64,000 nt of DNA from Candidatus Latescibacterota bacterium (lineage in GTDB: Bacteria > Latescibacterota > UBA2968 > UBA8231), in contig CBDETK010000013.1 in assembly GCA_965242865.1 (NCBI GenBank), forward strand, positions 3,008,001 through 3,072,000. The letters run 5' to 3'. The position numbers and the translations under genes are program-made. Within the stretch, counting starts at the first letter, position 1. Each line of letters opens with the position of its first letter. The notes beneath the pieces were generated by a model that worked only from the letters and a program-made list of their open reading frames with translations, did no database searches and was not told the origin of the DNA. Positions 10,070-20,128 of this stretch are shown here, in pieces.

Positions 10070-13000
10070 CTTCGTCGAGCAAACGGTCCTGTGTTTTCCT
10101 GATTTCTTCAATCACTGAGTCCGTTTCCTCGTGGCAGCACCACGCCGGTATCCGTAGAATCGTCCAACCGAGATTGCCTAGGACGCGGTCTCGTGTAATA
10201 TCTTGACGCCGTTGTCGGCCTCTGGCGTCAAGATGCTGATCGCCGTCAACCTCGATGTTCAGCTTGATTCCTTGTTCCAGCAGCGCAAAGTCCAGCTCGT
10301 ACCCCTCTACCTCGAGCTTGCCGTAAGGTAAGAGGCCCTGGAGTTGCATGGCATCGAGCAGGATTTTCTCAGACGTGCTGTCTGTGCGGAACCCGGCGGA
10401 CGGCAAACCAGTGCCCTCATTCCGGGCGACCTCATCGCGCAGATAGACCCGCAGAGAGGCCAAGGTTGGACTCCCCAAATCTCCCATGAGCGGGTGACCG
10501 AGGACGATTAGCACTCGACGAGCACGGGAGACAGCCACGTTGAGGAGATTTCTCTCTTTTTCTATCCAACGGGCACCGCTCTTGGACATGCTGGGCGAGA
10601 GCACGGAAGAAAGAACGATCGCATCGCGCTCGTCTCCCTGCAGGCGGTGTGCGGTTCCGCTTACAAAATCGAGGTCGTCTAAGAGGTCTTGGCCGAATTG
10701 CGTTTTGGCTATCTGATCAATGAGGCGCGCCTGTGCGGTGAACGGAGTTACCACGCCAACGGTTTTGTAACCGGATTCGATTACGCCACGAAGTTGCTTC
10801 ACGGTTTCCACGGCCTCTGCTTGGTTTAGCCAGCTTCCAGCGGCGGGCCGTACTGCCGCACCGTCAACATCGCACCAGTAGATGGCGCGATCGCGCTGGG
10901 ATATATCGGAGACATCCGTCAATACGGCGAGTTCGCCCCTGTAGAACGTCTTGTTGAACCAACGGGCGATGTGTGGGTGGCAGCGGTAGTGCTCGTTGAG
11001 AAAAACTGGTGTTTGGGGTCTTGCGGCAAACTCAAAGGCGGAGTACGCCGAACCGTCTTTGTGGTGAATGCCGCGGGCGCGTAGATCGTCGTTGTCGAAC
11101 CCCGTCTGCGTGGCGATCTCCTGTAAGAGCCCATCGCTGAGGGAAATGATCGGATTCAGTTGGTATGGGTCCCCCACGACCGCCAAACGTTTTGCTCGGT
11201 AAGCCAACGGCAGTACGGCCGCAAGGCTGCACTGGCTGGCCTCGTCGACGATCACGAGGTCAAACAGTCCTGATTCCAAGGGGAAGTTGGAATGCGCTGT
11301 TAATGCCGTGCATGCCCAGCCTCGTAAGTGGTGAAACGAATTGCCAATCGCTCTTCTAAAGCGGTCGCCGTTGGCGGGGATTGCGCCGAAAACTGCTAGA
11401 CGGTCAGCACCGGCAGAGACTCGCGTTGCCGTGTCCATGCGAATTGCACAGAGGCTTGCATCTGCCCATTGCTGGTCTGCTTCGCGCACACGAATCGCAG
11501 GGTCGCCCACCGCGGATTTTAGTTGTTGACGTTCAGTTCGTCCAATTTCCAATTGGGAGGTCAGCTTTGCTATGCGCTGATCAATTTTTGCCCAAGTGAC
11601 GAGTTGCTCCAATGGAGCGTTGTCAAGGCAACTAAGTCGCTGGCGGAAGCGACGCGCACGAAAGCGACGGAACAACCACGCCTTCAACAACTGGCTAGTT
11701 CGTCGTTCTATTTCGTGGGAACCAATGGGCAGTTCAGGAGGGCTCGCGTCAGTCCAGAGCGTGTGCGCCGCCTCTTTCAAGGCTGACCTGAGTTCCTCCT
11801 GCTCCTCTACAATCTGCAACAGTTTCGCATCCAGTTCGTCCAGCCGCGCCAGTTGCTCCATTAGCTGGGTGCGCTCAGTGGCGGCTCGCTTCAACTGGGC
11901 GTACGCTGCGGCTTGGTTGCCTCGGTGCGCTGCCACCTGAGCCGAGGCCGCGGCGATGCGATCCGGGACCTGCTCGCGTACGCCGCGATTGCCGGTGCGG
12001 ACTAACAAGCCGCTACTCACGTCCTTTTCCGCACGGTCGACGGCCACGTCAACCGCACCATTGTTGGTCGAGGTCACCAAGACTTTGTCGCCATCTAGCC
12101 ACGCATTCGCGACCGCGTTGACTACGAGTTGCGTCTTGCCGGTCCCAGGGGGGCCGGTCACGACCGTCAGAGGTTCTCTGCGGAGACGCTCGAGTGTTTC
12201 CTCTTGTGATTGGTTGCATACAAGCGGAGCCGCAAGAGGCCCGGATGGGGGGCGCTTGTTTTCCTTTTGCGCGAAACCGTTGCAGAGAAGATGGGCCGCA
12301 GCCGTAGTTGACCAGTCTTCTCGGGTCTGTAGTTGTCGCAGTTCCTCGCGAAGGGTGCTGGTATAGCCAGACCACTCTGCCACAACCGAAATCGCGGCGT
12401 TGTAGATGCCCTTTTTGCGCTCGATGTTCGGTGCGAGGATTCTAGCGTTGAGAGGCGACGCGAGTTGGAGTCCGAGCAGGTCGGCCGTTCGTTGGGCGAG
12501 GTCGCCAAAAGCGTCGGCATCTCCGAATGGCAAGCCGAGACTTAACAGGTCGCTGATGTCTTCGGCGACCGAGGGATCGAAGATGCCGCTTGCCGTGATG
12601 GCCAAATTGAACTCTGGCTCTGTAGTAGCGCGAAGTTCCCATTGGTGGTTGGGGCCTTGTTCTGGTTCGATCTGGACAGCAAAAAGAGGGGCAACCTTGG
12701 GCATGTGATCGCGGTCAGTTACGACGACAGTCGGCCAGCCGTAGATGATTGACTGCGTACGAGATCGCAGTTTATCGGGAAGCCCGCTAGGCGCCGGCGT
12801 CGAGTCGCTTTGCCCGACCACCAGTTTCTCTTCTCCAAGGTGTGAGAACCACAGAGCGTTCTCCTTGACGTATGGAACCAGTGATTTCGCTGCTTCCGCT
12901 TCAATGCACCGTTGCGCATAACTGCATAGTTGCTGCCAAGGAGTTTGCCCGCTGTTGGCAGCCGGCTTTGAAGAGATCGAACCGCTGGGGCCTGCGTGTG

Positions 13001-13193
13001 CGGCCGTATTCCGCGAACTGCCTGCTGGGACTCGGACCGAGGAACTCTCGCCACTCGCGCAGTCAATACACCAGACCTCTTTTGACGATGGCGACCACTG
13101 AGCGCGCTGGCCCGCCTCTAGCCTTACTGCACACGATCGGCAGCGTCCGGCGAACTTCAGCCGGATGAAACGCAGCTCTTTGGGAAGTTTCAT
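10059..13193 (-). CDS. SF1 (DNA2/NAM7-like) helicase with N-terminal CxxC..CxxC motif and C-terminal DUF559/Vsr-like nuclease
   Basis: GPPGTGKT, DEASQ, GDPYQL, QGDERD, NVAVSRAR; C-terminal ELDFAL..IEVDGDQH..DITRDRVLGNLGWTILRI. ATG at 13193 has an upstream GGAG. Confidence 0.85.
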   Translation of the reverse strand: MKLPKELRFIRLKFAGRCRSCAVRLEAGQRAQWSPSSKEVWCIDCASGESSSVRVPAGSSRNTAAHAGPSGSISSKPAANSGQTPWQQLCSYAQRCIEAEAAKSLVPYVKENALWFSHLGEEKLVVGQSDSTPAPSGLPDKLRSRTQSIIYGWPTVVVTDRDHMPKVAPLFAVQIEPEQGPNHQWELRATTEPEFNLAITASGIFDPSVAEDISDLLSLGLPFGDADAFGDLAQRTADLLGLQLASPLNARILAPNIERKKGIYNAAISVVAEWSGYTSTLREELRQLQTREDWSTTAAAHLLCNGFAQKENKRPPSGPLAAPLVCNQSQEETLERLRREPLTVVTGPPGTGKTQLVVNAVANAWLDGDKVLVTSTNNGAVDVAVDRAEKDVSSGLLVRTGNRGVREQVPDRIAAASAQVAAHRGNQAAAYAQLKRAATERTQLMEQLARLDELDAKLLQIVEEQEELRSALKEAAHTLWTDASPPELPIGSHEIERRTSQLLKAWLFRRFRARRFRQRLSCLDNAPLEQLVTWAKIDQRIAKLTSQLEIGRTERQQLKSAVGDPAIRVREADQQWADASLCAIRMDTATRVSAGADRLAVFGAIPANGDRFRRAIGNSFHHLRGWACTALTAHSNFPLESGLFDLVIVDEASQCSLAAVLPLAYRAKRLAVVGDPYQLNPIISLSDGLLQEIATQTGFDNDDLRARGIHHKDGSAYSAFEFAARPQTPVFLNEHYRCHPHIARWFNKTFYRGELAVLTDVSDISQRDRAIYWCDVDGAAVRPAAGSWLNQAEAVETVKQLRGVIESGYKTVGVVTPFTAQARLIDQIAKTQFGQDLLDDLDFVSGTAHRLQGDERDAIVLSSVLSPSMSKSGARWIEKERNLLNVAVSRARRVLIVLGHPLMGDLGSPTLASLRVYLRDEVARNEGTGLPSAGFRTDSTSEKILLDAMQLQGLLPYGKLEVEGYELDFALLEQGIKLNIEVDGDQHLDARGRQRRQDITRDRVLGNLGWTILRIPAWCCHEETDSVIEEIRKTQDRLLDEASR

Positions 13194-13389
13194 CTTCGGT
13201 CTCCAGAGGACAGCGGGTTGTTGGTCGACACGCCCTGATTGTCGAGGCCATAGAATAGGGCTATTATAAACTCGGCTAAACTGAAAGGGGAGCAAACCTT
13301 CGCCCAGGGAATGCCCTAGACTACGGTCAACCCACCAGCATCATTGGTTCACTAAACCGCATTGATTTTAAGCTGGAGAAAGCGAGAAC

Positions 13390-14550
13390 ATGAAGATCAC
13401 CGACATTAAGGTCACGCCCTCCCTCGGCGCTGAAAATCGCCACTGGTCCTTGCTGAAAATTTTCACGGACGAAGGCCTTGTCGGCCTCGGCGAGTGGACC
13501 GCTGGAGGCCCCATCGAGCAGCTCAAACAAATGCTCATCGGCCGCGACCCGACCAACATCAATCGGCTGCACTACGACCACCTGTGGCAGATGCAGGGCC
13601 GCGGCGCCGGCGTGGAAATCGCCCTGTGGGACCTGCGCGGCAAGCAGCTAAACGTGCCCATGCACGAGCTTTTGGGCGGCAAACTGCGCGACCGCGTCCG
13701 CGTGTACTGCGACTGCCACTCGGGGGCACACTGGACGAGGGAAGACTACGAGCGGCGCTGGCAGGAGACGCGAGCCAGCGGGCAATTGGACCCGGTGTAC
13801 GAAACCAGCGCCTACGTGTCCATGGCCCAAGAGGTGGTGGCCGAAGGATACACCGCGGTCAAGTTCGACCTCGACGTGCCCAACCCTTGGAAGCTCGACG
13901 CGTACGACCGCTCCATCAGTCGTCGGCAGCACCACCACATCGTCTCCACCATCGAAAGCCTGCGCCAAGCGATTGGCCCTTACATCGACCTAGCTATCGA
14001 TTTGCACGGTTCCTTCAACTTGGCCGACGCCCTCCGCATCTGCAAAGACGTAGAACACCTCGACCTGCTTTGGTTGGAGGATCCCATTCGCTGGGAATGG
14101 GGCAATGTCGCTGCATTGGCCAAAATCTGCCGACAGACTGAAACGCCGATCTGCACCGGCGAGATTTTCTACGGCGCCAAAATGTTCCGCGAGCTCATGG
14201 AACAACAGGCTTGCGACCTGCTCGAACCGGACATCCCCCACAGCGGCGGCGCCATTGAAATCCGCCGCATCGCCGAGTTGGCCGAGATGTACCACACTTC
14301 GCTAGCACCCCACTACATGCGGAGCGCGGTTACGGGCATGGCCGCAGTCCACATCTGCGCCACCCTGCCCAATTTCCTCGCCTTAGAGCACCACTCGCGC
14401 AACATCCCCCTGTGGAGCACCATGCTCGACATCAAGAACCCCATTCAGCAGGGTTACATCGCCGTGCCCAACGGCCCAGGCCTAGGCGTCAGTCTAGACG
14501 AAGAAGCCATCGCGGCCGCGCTGCCTGCCGGGGTGCCGCTGTGGTCCTGA
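13390..14550 (+). CDS. Mandelate racemase/muconate lactonizing (enolase superfamily) enzyme, probable acid-sugar dehydratase
   Basis: IALWDLRGK, KxD motif (AVKFDL), DLHG, WLEDP, TGE, APH. Confidence 0.9.
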   Translation: MKITDIKVTPSLGAENRHWSLLKIFTDEGLVGLGEWTAGGPIEQLKQMLIGRDPTNINRLHYDHLWQMQGRGAGVEIALWDLRGKQLNVPMHELLGGKLRDRVRVYCDCHSGAHWTREDYERRWQETRASGQLDPVYETSAYVSMAQEVVAEGYTAVKFDLDVPNPWKLDAYDRSISRRQHHHIVSTIESLRQAIGPYIDLAIDLHGSFNLADALRICKDVEHLDLLWLEDPIRWEWGNVAALAKICRQTETPICTGEIFYGAKMFRELMEQQACDLLEPDIPHSGGAIEIRRIAELAEMYHTSLAPHYMRSAVTGMAAVHICATLPNFLALEHHSRNIPLWSTMLDIKNPIQQGYIAVPNGPGLGVSLDEEAIAAALPAGVPLWS

Positions 14551-14578
14551 GCCACTGCCTATTTCATTAGGAGCTTTT

Positions 14579-16030
14579 ATGGAATTTCAAAACTACATCG
14601 ACGGCCAGTGGGTTGGGGCCTCGGACGGACAGACCTTTGTCCAGCGCAATCCAGCCGACCTAACGCACGTAACCGGGGAGTGGCCCCAAGGCACCCGCGC
14701 CGACGCCGAGCAGGCCATTGAAGCGGCCCACGCGGCGTTTCCAGCGTGGGCCGACCTGGGGGTGTACCAGCGGGCCGAGTACTTGTCGCGGGCAGTGGCC
14801 GTGCTAAAGGGACGGGCCGAAGAAATCGCCGCCATCCTCACCGCAGAAAACGGCAAGACGCTCGACGAAGCGCGCACCGAGGTGGGGTCGGCCGTGCGCG
14901 AGATGGAGTTCCAAATCGCCCAAGGGATCTCCTCCTGCGGCCAGACCGCGCCCTCGGCCCAAGCAGGGGTGTTTGCCTACAGCGTGCGGCGGCCCCTCGG
15001 GGTAGCGTCGATCATCAGCCCTTGGAACTTTCCGTTCAACGTGCCGGGGCGCAAGTGCATGCCGGCCCTGATCAGCGGCAACACCATCGTCTTCAAGCCA
15101 GCGAGCCTGACGCCCGGAGCGGGGCGGGCTTTCGTGGATATTTTCGTCGAGGCCGGGCTGCCGGCGGGCGTGCTGAACTTCGTCTGCGGTGGGGGGAGTA
15201 CGGTCGGGGAAACCATGATCACGCATCCATTGGTGCAGTCGATTTCCTTTACCGGCTCGACCCAAGTGGGCCGGGGCATTCAGCAGCGCGCGGCCCAAGG
15301 GCTAATCCGCACCCAACTGGAGATGGGCGGCAAAAACCCCGCGGTGATCTTGGCCGACGCCGATCTCGACATGGCGGCCGATGCCGTCGTCAAGGCGGCC
15401 TACGCCTGCGCCGGGCAGTGGTGTACTTCGACGAGCCGGGCCATTGCCGTGCGCGAGGTCGCGGCCGCCTTTACCGACAAGGTGCTAGAGCGCGTCGAGC
15501 GAATTCGGGTGGGGAATGGGCTGGATGCTGGGGTGGATATGGGGCCGGTGTGCGGCACGGACCAGCTCGCAACCATTGAGGGCTATATCGAGATCGGCAA
15601 GGCGGAAGGGGGCTGCATCGCGCATGGGGGCGAGCGTCTGACCGCCAACGGGCTAGACCGAGGGTGTTTTATCGCGCCGACGGTCTTTACCAAGGTCCAG
15701 CCGCCGATGCGGATCGCGCAGGAGGAAATTTTCGGCCCGGTATTGTGCCTGATGGTCGCCGCGGATTTTTCTGAAGCCCTAGCAATCGCCAATGGCGTGG
15801 AGTTTGGGCTGGCGTCGTCCATTTTCACGCGGGACCTTGGGCGGGCTTTTGAGTTTTTGGAGAAAACCGACGTGGGGCTGACGCACGTAAACATGATGAC
15901 GGCCTACCGCGAGCCTCAGCTCTCATTTGGCGGGGTAAAGGCTTCCGGGCACGGGATTCCGGAATCGGGCGACACCGGGATCGAGTTCTTCACCGAGCAC
16001 AAGGTCGCTTTTATCAATTACCTCCAATAG
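14579..16030 (+). CDS. Aldehyde dehydrogenase (alpha-ketoglutaric semialdehyde dehydrogenase-like)
   Basis: PWNFP, FTGST, LEMGGKNP, GQWC catalytic Cys, EEIFGP. Confidence 0.92.
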   Translation: MEFQNYIDGQWVGASDGQTFVQRNPADLTHVTGEWPQGTRADAEQAIEAAHAAFPAWADLGVYQRAEYLSRAVAVLKGRAEEIAAILTAENGKTLDEARTEVGSAVREMEFQIAQGISSCGQTAPSAQAGVFAYSVRRPLGVASIISPWNFPFNVPGRKCMPALISGNTIVFKPASLTPGAGRAFVDIFVEAGLPAGVLNFVCGGGSTVGETMITHPLVQSISFTGSTQVGRGIQQRAAQGLIRTQLEMGGKNPAVILADADLDMAADAVVKAAYACAGQWCTSTSRAIAVREVAAAFTDKVLERVERIRVGNGLDAGVDMGPVCGTDQLATIEGYIEIGKAEGGCIAHGGERLTANGLDRGCFIAPTVFTKVQPPMRIAQEEIFGPVLCLMVAADFSEALAIANGVEFGLASSIFTRDLGRAFEFLEKTDVGLTHVNMMTAYREPQLSFGGVKASGHGIPESGDTGIEFFTEHKVAFINYLQ

Positions 16031-16802
16031 GCTGGTAGGTCGGGAAGACGCACGGGAAGGCGCGGCCCGTGGTCGTTTGGCGGGTGGCCGCGTCAATGTA
16101 GCAGACGCTGAATGCGCGGCGCGGCCGGTTGGTGGTATTCGTCTCCGAGCGGTGCAAGGTCCAGTTGTGCAAGAGCACCGCCTCGCCTTTTTCCATTTCC
16201 AAGTAGAGCCGCTGCTCGTCGGGTGCGTGCAGGGCGCGCTCGCCCGCCGAAAGCAGGTCGCCCGTTGCGGGGATCATGCTGTGGTGCGATCCGGGGATGA
16301 TTTGCAGGCAGCCGTTGGCAACGCACGTGTCGTCGAGCGCGGTCCACACCGTGACTTGGGGAGGAATGCTCAGGTGCCAGCCGCCCGCGCCATCTTGGTG
16401 CCAGTTGATCGTGACGCCTTGCTCGGCCGGCTTGTTGAAAAACATGGCGCGGAAGATCGCGATCTCCGCGCCGATAATTTTGGCGGTTAGGTCGCGGAAG
16501 AGCGGCTTTTGCAAATAGCCCAAGAACAGCGGATCCTGCTCCAAGTCCTGAATTTTGCGGTACTTGAGCGAAGACCCCTTAAACTCCTTGGTCTGCCGCG
16601 CAAGCTCGGGATTGCCGACCGAAGGACACAGCTGCATGAGCATGTCGTCGTAGCGCACTTGCCCGAGCATGATCTGGTCGATGCGCTGGCAGAGGGCGTC
16701 GATTTCGGTGCGCGGGGCCACGTGGCCGAGGCGCACGTACCCCTGCCCGTGAAACTGATCGAGTTCGGCGGCACTGAGCGCGGGGGCGTGGAGAACGGTC
16801 AT
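16014..16802 (-). CDS. PhyH family Fe(II)/2-oxoglutarate dioxygenase
   Basis: WHQD, VWTALDD, NGCLQIIPGSH, LHRSETN..RRA. Confidence 0.9.
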   Translation of the reverse strand: MTVLHAPALSAAELDQFHGQGYVRLGHVAPRTEIDALCQRIDQIMLGQVRYDDMLMQLCPSVGNPELARQTKEFKGSSLKYRKIQDLEQDPLFLGYLQKPLFRDLTAKIIGAEIAIFRAMFFNKPAEQGVTINWHQDGAGGWHLSIPPQVTVWTALDDTCVANGCLQIIPGSHHSMIPATGDLLSAGERALHAPDEQRLYLEMEKGEAVLLHNWTLHRSETNTTNRPRRAFSVCYIDAATRQTTTGRAFPCVFPTYQPIGGN

Positions 16803-16830
16803 GGCGAGCTCCTTGGGTCTTAGGTTTCAA

Positions 16831-17472
16831 TTAAGCGAGGCGAGCGAGCGCGTCTTGCCGGCTGATGCGGCGGAAGGATTGTTCGAGGACGGGGCCGTGC
16901 CAGCCCTCTCCGCAGCCGCTGTCGGACACGGACTCAACGACGCTTTGGCACCAAGCGGCGAGCGGATCTGCTGGGCAGCGGATGACCACGTCGGGGTCGG
17001 CAACCGCTCCGGTGGCCGAATACGCATAGCAGGTTTCGATGAGCCGCTCGGCCGCGGCCACCTGCTGCCGCTGGTACTCGTGCGGGGCCGGAGGGCCGTC
17101 GGGCACGAGCAAGATGTTGACCGCGCGGTCGGTGACCGCGTTGAGCCGCGCGGCCGCGGCCGCGCCGACCAACACGTCTTTGTGCGCCGGCCAGATGTCG
17201 AACATCCCGTAGGCCGCCTTGGGCGCACGCGATTGGAAGGTGAAGTAATCGGGGTACGCGAAGAAATCCTCGCCGAGGGCACGGTACGCATTGTAAAAGG
17301 CGGTCGCGTGGGCCATGACCAAATTGACGGCTCCGACGCCTTCGAGGCGATTGGGCGCGAGCAGCCCCAGCCTTTTGGTGTGGGTAAAGCCGCGAAAGTA
17401 CTCGGCCAGCGCGACCGGGCGGCCGCGGACGATCATCTCAAAGTCGCCGTCGCGGAGTTTTGAACTGTGCAT
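16831..17472 (-). CDS. Hypothetical protein
   Basis: 213 aa ORF with host-like codon usage, co-oriented between the SDR and PhyH genes. Confidence 0.65.
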   Translation of the reverse strand: MHSSKLRDGDFEMIVRGRPVALAEYFRGFTHTKRLGLLAPNRLEGVGAVNLVMAHATAFYNAYRALGEDFFAYPDYFTFQSRAPKAAYGMFDIWPAHKDVLVGAAAAARLNAVTDRAVNILLVPDGPPAPHEYQRQQVAAAERLIETCYAYSATGAVADPDVVIRCPADPLAAWCQSVVESVSDSGCGEGWHGPVLEQSFRRISRQDALARLA

Positions 17473-17482
17473 GGGGGAAGTC

Positions 17483-18268
17483 CTACTCCAGCAAAATGCC
17501 GCCGTCGAGGACGATGTTTTTACCCGTCATCGACGGGGTTCTACACAGCATTTCAAAAACATAGAGCAGATGCACAGGGGGAACTTCCTGCTTCCACACC
17601 TTCATTAAGTCTTTGACCCCGTCAATGGCTTCGCGGGGCGTGTTGGAAATCATCTGGCCGCTGACAATAACCGGGCTGATGGAATTGACGCGGATGCCAA
17701 ATTCCCTACCGGCTTGCACCGCATAGTTGCGGCTGAGGCCGAGCAGGGCCGCCTTGCTGCACACGTAAGGCGCTCCCACGTACAGCCCGCCCACCAATGC
17801 GGCCAGCGACACGATGTTGATGATTTGCCGGTCGCCGCGACCGTCTTTCATCAGGCCGACCGCGCCTTGGCTCATAAAGGCCGCGCCTTTGGCATTTACA
17901 TTGAGGACGCGGTCCCAGTTGTCCTCGGTCATGTCGAGGAGCTTTACCTCGCTGAGAAGCCCGGCGTTGTTGATGAGCATGTCGAGGCCGTCGTGCTGGT
18001 CGGCTATTTCAGCGTACAGGGATTTGATCTGGGCCACGTCGCTGAGGTCCACGCGATGGACGCTGTACTCGCCGCCGTAGGCCGCGACCGCCTCCACCAC
18101 GTCGTCTTGGGGCGCGACATCTACCAGAATGGGGATCCCGCCGCACGAGGCGATAAAGGTCGCAAAAATTTTCCCAATCGTCCCACTAGAGCCGGTGATA
18201 ATGCAGCGTCGGCCCTTGAGGTATTCTTGCATCGTCACGTACTGCTCAAGCCCTGTACTCCCGTTCAT
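17483..18268 (-). CDS. Short-chain dehydrogenase/reductase
   Basis: TGSSGTIG, NNAG, YVCSK (YxxxK); AGGAG RBS. Confidence 0.88.
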   Translation of the reverse strand: MNGSTGLEQYVTMQEYLKGRRCIITGSSGTIGKIFATFIASCGGIPILVDVAPQDDVVEAVAAYGGEYSVHRVDLSDVAQIKSLYAEIADQHDGLDMLINNAGLLSEVKLLDMTEDNWDRVLNVNAKGAAFMSQGAVGLMKDGRGDRQIINIVSLAALVGGLYVGAPYVCSKAALLGLSRNYAVQAGREFGIRVNSISPVIVSGQMISNTPREAIDGVKDLMKVWKQEVPPVHLLYVFEMLCRTPSMTGKNIVLDGGILLE

Positions 18269-18316
18269 ATCGCATCTCCTAGCGTTTGGATTAGCCCTAT
18301 TCCCCGCGCCGCACCT

Positions 18317-19900
18317 TCACATACCCCACACGGTGACCTGCGCCGCGCCCACGCCTTCCTCGCGGCGGAATATCTTGTCGTCCCACGCCACCCCGGCCGT
18401 GCGGTCAAAGATCACGAGGTGGCCTTCGCTTGCAGCGCAGCGATCCATATAGGCGCGGGTTTGGTCGAGGCCAGCGACGATGGTCTGCTCCAAGCTCTTG
18501 TACAGCAGCTTGCATTCGATCGCCACCCGCTGCACCGGAGCGTGGCCGGGCATCGGCCATGCGATCAGCAGATCCGTGCGCCGCCGACCCAAGCCATACT
18601 CGCGCTCAATGCGCCCGCCGCTGTTGACGATGCGCTGCAAGAACGCCTGCAATAGCAGTTGGGGGCCAGCTTCCTTGTACTGGAATCGCTCGACCCAGTG
18701 CTCGGAGTGTTCGCGGAAAAACCCTTGGAACGCAGTCAGCAAGTCGTCGAGGCGCAGCCGCCCGTCGGCATCTATGTACCAAGCCGGATCGTGGGCTAGG
18801 TATTCCTGCGTGGTGTAAGTCAGGTCGCGGGGGATGACCTCCGCGTAGATCGGGTTGGCAATGGCGATGGGGCCTTGCCGGCGCAACAGGCCCAAGTCGC
18901 GCACGTATTGCAAATCGTCTTGGGGGATCGCCTCGTCGGATTCGGCCCCACTCAACAGCGGCTCGACCACGCGCCGCACGCGCTCCTCTTGCAACTTGTC
19001 GGTGAGCTGGTCGAGGTGCGTTTCGCGCCGCAGGATGAGCTGCTCGCGGGCGTCGCATATCGCCTCGGCCGCGATCGGACGACTGCGATCTCGCCCGGCC
19101 TTGTTCCTAAAACACGCTTCGTACGCCAAGGCGTTCACCAGCCACGGCTGGCCCTGCGTCAGTTGCCAAACCTCGTCTTGCGCGTCCTCGGCAAACGCCT
19201 GTCCGGTGGTCTCGGTGTGTTGCGCCAACAGCGCCTGCACTTCGCCCGGTGAAAAATCGCCCAAGCGCAGGGACTCGGCGCGGATGTTGAACGCGCTGCC
19301 GCCGGCGATAATTGCGTTCTCGGCAGTAGATTGGATGCGATAATCGCGCACATCGCGCACGCCGCACAGAACGACCGTCTGCGGGTAGTGCTGCGGCCGG
19401 TCGGGATAGCCGGCGCGCAATTGCCGCAGCACGGCCAAGAGCGTGTCGCCGATTAGCGCGTCGATCTCGTCGATCAGCAGCACCAGCGGCTTATCATCGG
19501 CTGCCGACCAGCGGCTCAACGTCCCTTGCAGTGCTTGGTGCGGGCCAAACGCCGCTAGCGCGTTGAGGCTTATATCCCGGAGCGTCAGGTCGCGCAAAAC
19601 AAACTCCGCCTTTAAGGCGAGCTGACCGAGAATGGCCCGGATGGCCTCCCCCACATCCTCCCGCGCCGACTGGCCGATCTCGACGTTGATGCACAGACAG
19701 CGATACCGCCCGCTGGCGTTCAGTTCGTCCTGTAGTGCCAGCAGCGCGGAGGTCTTGCCCGTCTGCCGCGGCGCGTGTAGCACAAAGTACCGCTGTTGCT
19801 CGATCAGCCGCAGGACTTCGTCGCGGTCGAGCCGCTCCAGCGGCGGGATGTGGTAGTGATCGGCCGCGACGATGGGGCCGGCTGTGTTAAAAAAGCGCAT
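18317..19900 (-). CDS. AAA-family ATP-binding protein with C-terminal PD-(D/E)XK nuclease-like domain
   Basis: MRFFNTAGP start, APRQTGKT Walker A, LLIDEID Walker B, C-terminal EREYGLGRRRTDL..IECK..Q..Y. Confidence 0.85.
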   Translation of the reverse strand: MRFFNTAGPIVAADHYHIPPLERLDRDEVLRLIEQQRYFVLHAPRQTGKTSALLALQDELNASGRYRCLCINVEIGQSAREDVGEAIRAILGQLALKAEFVLRDLTLRDISLNALAAFGPHQALQGTLSRWSAADDKPLVLLIDEIDALIGDTLLAVLRQLRAGYPDRPQHYPQTVVLCGVRDVRDYRIQSTAENAIIAGGSAFNIRAESLRLGDFSPGEVQALLAQHTETTGQAFAEDAQDEVWQLTQGQPWLVNALAYEACFRNKAGRDRSRPIAAEAICDAREQLILRRETHLDQLTDKLQEERVRRVVEPLLSGAESDEAIPQDDLQYVRDLGLLRRQGPIAIANPIYAEVIPRDLTYTTQEYLAHDPAWYIDADGRLRLDDLLTAFQGFFREHSEHWVERFQYKEAGPQLLLQAFLQRIVNSGGRIEREYGLGRRRTDLLIAWPMPGHAPVQRVAIECKLLYKSLEQTIVAGLDQTRAYMDRCAASEGHLVIFDRTAGVAWDDKIFRREEGVGAAQVTVWGM

Positions 19901-20007
19901 GGTGTGCAAACCTCATTCACCGAATCCGTTCCAACTGCTCCACGAGCCAATTGCCGCGCAATAATGCCCAATTCTATTGCTGTGGACAAGCTCTCCGAGG
20001 ACGCTAC

Positions 20008-20100
20008 TCAGTGCGACCTCCTTGACCGGGATGCAGAATGCGCGGCGCGCGAGGCCCGTAAATCCGTAGTGCCGATCCAACACACCAGAACCCTTTTCAT
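20008..20100 (-). pseudogene. N-terminal remnant of an RtcR-like sigma-54 activator
   Basis: Strong GGAGGAG RBS, then MKRVLVCWIGTTDLRAS, which resembles the N-terminus of that family; stops after 30 aa. Confidence 0.5.
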
Positions 20101-20128
20101 CGCAGCACCCTCTCCTCCCCGTCCATTC

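Noticed and set aside
13261-13296. Sigma70 promoter for the helicase (TATAAT on the minus strand)
   Set aside because: The nearest -35-like hexamer is 21 bp away, so the spacing is unconvincing.
9880-13390. Classical tmRNA-integrated element
   Set aside because: No integrase and no second copy of the ssrA 3' end were seen in the window.
19910-20000. Possible HepT/DUF86 C-terminal remnant (LVEQLERIR*)
   Set aside because: Too short to support an assignment.
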